The notes under the pieces: model-generated
The model's database searches: none
What the model saw: the letters and a program-made list of their open reading frames with translations, nothing else
Told to the model about the DNA's origin: nothing
Part shown: positions 56,385-59,921 of the stretch, piece by piece
Position numbering within the stretch: the stretch's first letter is position 1
Layout: each line of letters opens with the position of its first letter
Program-made: the position numbers and the translations under genes
Source: a virus
Lineage: Duplodnaviria; Caudoviricetes
Length of the DNA: 59,921 bases
Reading direction: 5' to 3' (one strand)
Virus record (IMG/VR): IMGVR_UViG_3300047386_000320
Location: 1 to 59,921 of that record

Positions 56385-58100
56385 ATGGCGTATTTCAAAA
56401 GAAATAAATTTTCAGGAACTGCTCCTGGTGTTGCACCAAGACTCCTTTCTGATGAGTTTGGTCAGATTGCAAAAGACTGCGATCTTAGTTCTGGTCGTCT
56501 AGTAGGAATACATTACAACACTGATGTATTTACTCTTGCTTCTGCTAATAAGCAATCAATCTACCATTATGAGTATGGTTCATCTGGAGCGGTATGGCTG
56601 CAGTGGGACGAGGAAGTTTCGGTAGCAAAAGGCCCTATTCCAGGGGATCTTGATGATCGTCTTTATTGGACTGGTCAGGGTTATCCACGCATAGGTAACT
56701 CAACAACAATCGTTAGCGGCACGTCTTATCCAGGAAATAGCTGGAGATTAGGTGTGCCCGCACCCCCTAATGCCCCTGTGGTAACAACAGATTCTTCAGA
56801 GGCTCCTGACGACACGCTCACGCCTTTTGACGTGTCTTATGTATTTACGTTGGTAACCGCTGACGGGCGTGAAGGGCCACCCAGCGATCCTTCTGGCAAC
56901 TTAGAAATAAGAGATGAGCAACCTGTTACTTTAGATTTGTCAGTACCGACCTACAGCCTAGAGCACAACTTAAATAGCGGAGCTAGAAAACGCATATATC
57001 GATCAAATACTGGCTCTACTAATACACAGTTCCAGTTTGTCGGTGAGGTTCAAATAAACGTAGATAGTTTTACAGACGCGACCGAATCAGCTGCGCTTGG
57101 CGAGGTAATTCCTACTACAGATTGGATAGGCCCTCCAGACGACGACGCTACTCTATATCCAGACGGCCCAATGCAAGATTTGATACCCCTATCGAATGGC
57201 GTAATGGCTGGGTTTACAGGTAAGCGGTTCTGTGTAAGTGAGCCGTTTATGCCTCATGCGTGGCCAATTTCTTACAGAATCACTACTGAAGAAGATATTG
57301 TTGGCATTGCTTCTACCGGCAATGGGGTGGCGGCACTAACAAAGGGCAGACCTTATTTCATCACAGGTACTGAACCTAGTGCCATGACTGCTATTACGAT
57401 TGACTTAGCGCAAGGCTGTATTAACAAAAACAGTATTGTTGACATGGGTGAGTACATACTTTATGCAGGGCCAGACGGTCTGTGCATGATAAATGGCGCA
57501 TCAGGTGAAGTGGTAACTAATGGCCTAATTTCACCCGACCAGTGGCGAGCGAACTACTACCCACACGTTTATAAAGCCTTTATTTATGAAGGTACATACG
57601 TTGCTTTATGGAACGGTGGCGGTTTCGTCATGGATCCAAAAGGCGGCGGTAATGCACTGACTACGCTTACTGGTTTTGGAAGCGGCGTAGGCGGGGGCTT
57701 TCACGATATTGACGATGGTGAGCTTTATCTCATTGTTGATAATGTTATTAAGAAATATCGATCAGCTGCTGCTCAACGCACTGCATTTTTCAAGAGCAAA
57801 ATCTTTACCACCCCCAAGCCTGTTTCTATGCAATGGGTATCCGTGAATGCAAATGACTACCCAGTGCGCGTCAGAGTCTGGGGCGACGGGACACTAATAG
57901 CGAATTACCAAATAACGAGATCTGGTGGTGCTTACACGCAAGTTACAGACATACCAGCGAATATTAGTAACGGTACTTTACGTGAGCCTTTGATGCGCAT
58001 GCCTGCAGTGGTTGCACAAGAGTGGGAAGTGCAAGTTGAGGGTACGGACATCAATGAGTTCTGCTTAGCGCAAAGCATAGAGGAGATTCAAAACTCGTGA
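56385..58100 (+). CDS. Tail nozzle / tail tubular protein B-like
   Basis: FSGTAP..APRLL, RLGVPAP, SEPFMPHAWP, YAGPDGL; beta-propeller-like composition. Confidence 0.7.
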   Translation: MAYFKRNKFSGTAPGVAPRLLSDEFGQIAKDCDLSSGRLVGIHYNTDVFTLASANKQSIYHYEYGSSGAVWLQWDEEVSVAKGPIPGDLDDRLYWTGQGYPRIGNSTTIVSGTSYPGNSWRLGVPAPPNAPVVTTDSSEAPDDTLTPFDVSYVFTLVTADGREGPPSDPSGNLEIRDEQPVTLDLSVPTYSLEHNLNSGARKRIYRSNTGSTNTQFQFVGEVQINVDSFTDATESAALGEVIPTTDWIGPPDDDATLYPDGPMQDLIPLSNGVMAGFTGKRFCVSEPFMPHAWPISYRITTEEDIVGIASTGNGVAALTKGRPYFITGTEPSAMTAITIDLAQGCINKNSIVDMGEYILYAGPDGLCMINGASGEVVTNGLISPDQWRANYYPHVYKAFIYEGTYVALWNGGGFVMDPKGGGNALTTLTGFGSGVGGGFHDIDDGELYLIVDNVIKKYRSAAAQRTAFFKSKIFTTPKPVSMQWVSVNANDYPVRVRVWGDGTLIANYQITRSGGAYTQVTDIPANISNGTLREPLMRMPAVVAQEWEVQVEGTDINEFCLAQSIEEIQNS

Positions 58101-59921
58101 GCCAAAACCCAACTAAAATTCCAGCGATCCCTAAACCACCAAGTAGCGCCGATCCTGAAACTAGGCGGTTTGTTGAGGCACTTAAAGAGGCTGTTGAGAT
58201 TAGACTTGGGCTTCGTGGCGACGACTTAGACAGGGCAGTTACTCTTCGTGAGCTTATTGAAAGTGGTTTAGCTAAGCAGTTACGTGCCGCTAAATTTAAC
58301 CCAAATAATATTGCCGCAACCACGCTTGGTTTTAGCCCAGATGTTATAACTGACTCTAGCGTCCCGCCCCGTCCTCAGAACTTCGCGACGACCGCTCTTT
58401 ATCACGCTGTGTTACTAAAGTGGGATGCGCCTGATTATAGAAATCATGGCTATACAGAAATTTGGTCGCATGACTCTGATGCTATTGGCGACGCTGTTCT
58501 AACAGAAATTGTTGACGGGTTTACTTTTACTCATCAAGTTGGTTCAGATGTATCTATCTACTATTGGATTCGCTTTATAAGTGATTCAGGCATTATCGGC
58601 CCTTGGTTTGATACCTCTGGTACGCAGGCTCAAACCTCTCCCGACGTCGATTTCTTACTTGATGTCCTAGAGGACTCGATCACTAGTTCTCAACTGGCTA
58701 CTGATTTAGCCACACAGATTGATGGCGCTGCTACTGCACAGAGTGTTACTGACCTTGCTGCTATTATCGGTGATACAGCTAATTATAACCTTGAAGAAGC
58801 GGAAACGATTATTACCCGTGTCTTAGGAATAGAGACAACCTATGGTGATACCGCATCTGCTGCCGTGTCTGCTGCCGCAGCTGAAACATCTCGTCAAGCC
58901 GCAGAAGCTGCACAAACTGCAGCCGAAGCCGCAGAAGCTGATGTAAACCAAGCCAGCGCCGACGCTATTGCAGCAGCTGCATCAGCTATTACTGCACAAA
59001 CAGCTGCAGAACTAGCAGAGACAAATGCTGAGACGGCTGAAACAAATGCAGAGACAGCTGAAGCCGCAGCAGAACTAGCTTTTACAAATGCTGCTACTGC
59101 TGAAACTAATGCTCTTACTGCTCAAACTGCTGCGGAGACAGCTGAAACTAACGCTGAGACAGCTGAAACTAACGCTGAGACCGCCGAGACTAACGCTGAA
59201 ACAGCCCAGTCTGCTGCAGAAACTGCTCAAAATGCAGCTGAAACAGCATCTTCAAATGCAACAACAGCTCAGTCTGCTGCAGAAATAGCACAAAGTGCAG
59301 CTGAAACAGCGTCTACTAACTCAGCAACCGCTCAAAGTGCTGCAGAAACTGCTCAAGCAGCAGCTGAAACAGCACAGGGACAGGCGTCTACCTCTAATGC
59401 ATCTGCAGTAGCCGCGTCTGCCCAGGCAACTATTGATGCTGCAGCAGCGTTAGCGTCACAAACTGCTGCAGAAACTGCTCAAAATGCAGCTGAAATAGCA
59501 CAAGCAGCAGCCGAAACAGCGCAAACTGGGTCAGAAGAGTCGGCAGGCGAAGCAGCTACTAGTGAGACAAACGCAGCTACTAGCGAATCTAATGCAGCTA
59601 CTAGTGAAACGAATGCATCTACCAGTGAAACTAACGCATCTGGTAGTGAAAGTGCGGCAGCAACTAGTGCTTCAAATGCAGCTACTAGTGAGACTAATGC
59701 TGGTAACTCTGCAACTGCAGCCAGTGGCTCGGCAAGTACCGCTCAGACTCAAGCAACAAATGCTAGTGAATCAGCTACTGCCGCTGCTGGAAGCGAGACA
59801 AACGCAGCTACTAGCGAATCTAATGCAGCTACTAGTGAAACGAATGCAGCAACTAGTGAAACTAACGCATCTGGTAGTGAAAGTGCGGCAGCAACTAGTG
59901 CTTCAAATGCAGCTACTAGTG
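58097..59921 (+). CDS. Giant tail fibre, 5' part (continues at base 128)
   Basis: GTG overlapping the upstream TGA, AGGAG SD; MSQNPTKIPAIPKPP..., FN3-like domain (LKWDAP...TEIW...YYWIRF...GPW), then heptad repeats; in frame with base 1. Confidence 0.9.
   Translation, partial: MSQNPTKIPAIPKPPSSADPETRRFVEALKEAVEIRLGLRGDDLDRAVTLRELIESGLAKQLRAAKFNPNNIAATTLGFSPDVITDSSVPPRPQNFATTALYHAVLLKWDAPDYRNHGYTEIWSHDSDAIGDAVLTEIVDGFTFTHQVGSDVSIYYWIRFISDSGIIGPWFDTSGTQAQTSPDVDFLLDVLEDSITSSQLATDLATQIDGAATAQSVTDLAAIIGDTANYNLEEAETIITRVLGIETTYGDTASAAVSAAAAETSRQAAEAAQTAAEAAEADVNQASADAIAAAASAITAQTAAELAETNAETAETNAETAEAAAELAFTNAATAETNALTAQTAAETAETNAETAETNAETAETNAETAQSAAETAQNAAETASSNATTAQSAAEIAQSAAETASTNSATAQSAAETAQAAAETAQGQASTSNASAVAASAQATIDAAAALASQTAAETAQNAAEIAQAAAETAQTGSEESAGEAATSETNAATSESNAATSETNASTSETNASGSESAAATSASNAATSETNAGNSATAASGSASTAQTQATNASESATAAAGSETNAATSESNAATSETNAATSETNASGSESAAATSASNAATS

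Overview
Complete, circularly permuted genome of a temperate podovirus-like dsDNA phage. Bases 1-127 are identical to 59795-59921, so the circle is 59,794 bp. A marine gammaproteobacterial host is plausible but inferred, from csrA, IHF sites and a tRNA-Ser-type attP. The minus arm (11.6-30.0 kb) carries small early genes, a MoxR AAA+/vWA-peptidase pair, family-A DNA polymerase (Leu762), CsrA, primase-helicase, a Cas4-like exonuclease, SNF2 helicase, a probable SSB, a VRR-NUC nuclease, a CI-like repressor and an excisionase. The plus arm (30.3 kb through the contig join to 11.7 kb) carries terminase, P22-like portal, scaffold, N4-gp56-type capsid, adaptors, ejection proteins, holin and M15 endolysin, two fibre systems, attP and a tyrosine integrase. 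Features the ORF track misses: (1) a ~210-nt capsid mRNA leader of five tandem mini-pseudoknots plus a hairpin whose loop is an anti-Shine-Dalgarno; (2) a ~3361-aa fibre gene crossing the join, with seven CBM-like domains strung on heptad coiled-coil repeats; (3) about nine dispersed copies of a 19-bp palindrome overlapping sigma70 promoters on both arms; (4) a 13-iteron origin-like region; (5) a three-gene exported-protein cassette inside the head operon. All family assignments come from motif recognition by eye; no searches were run.
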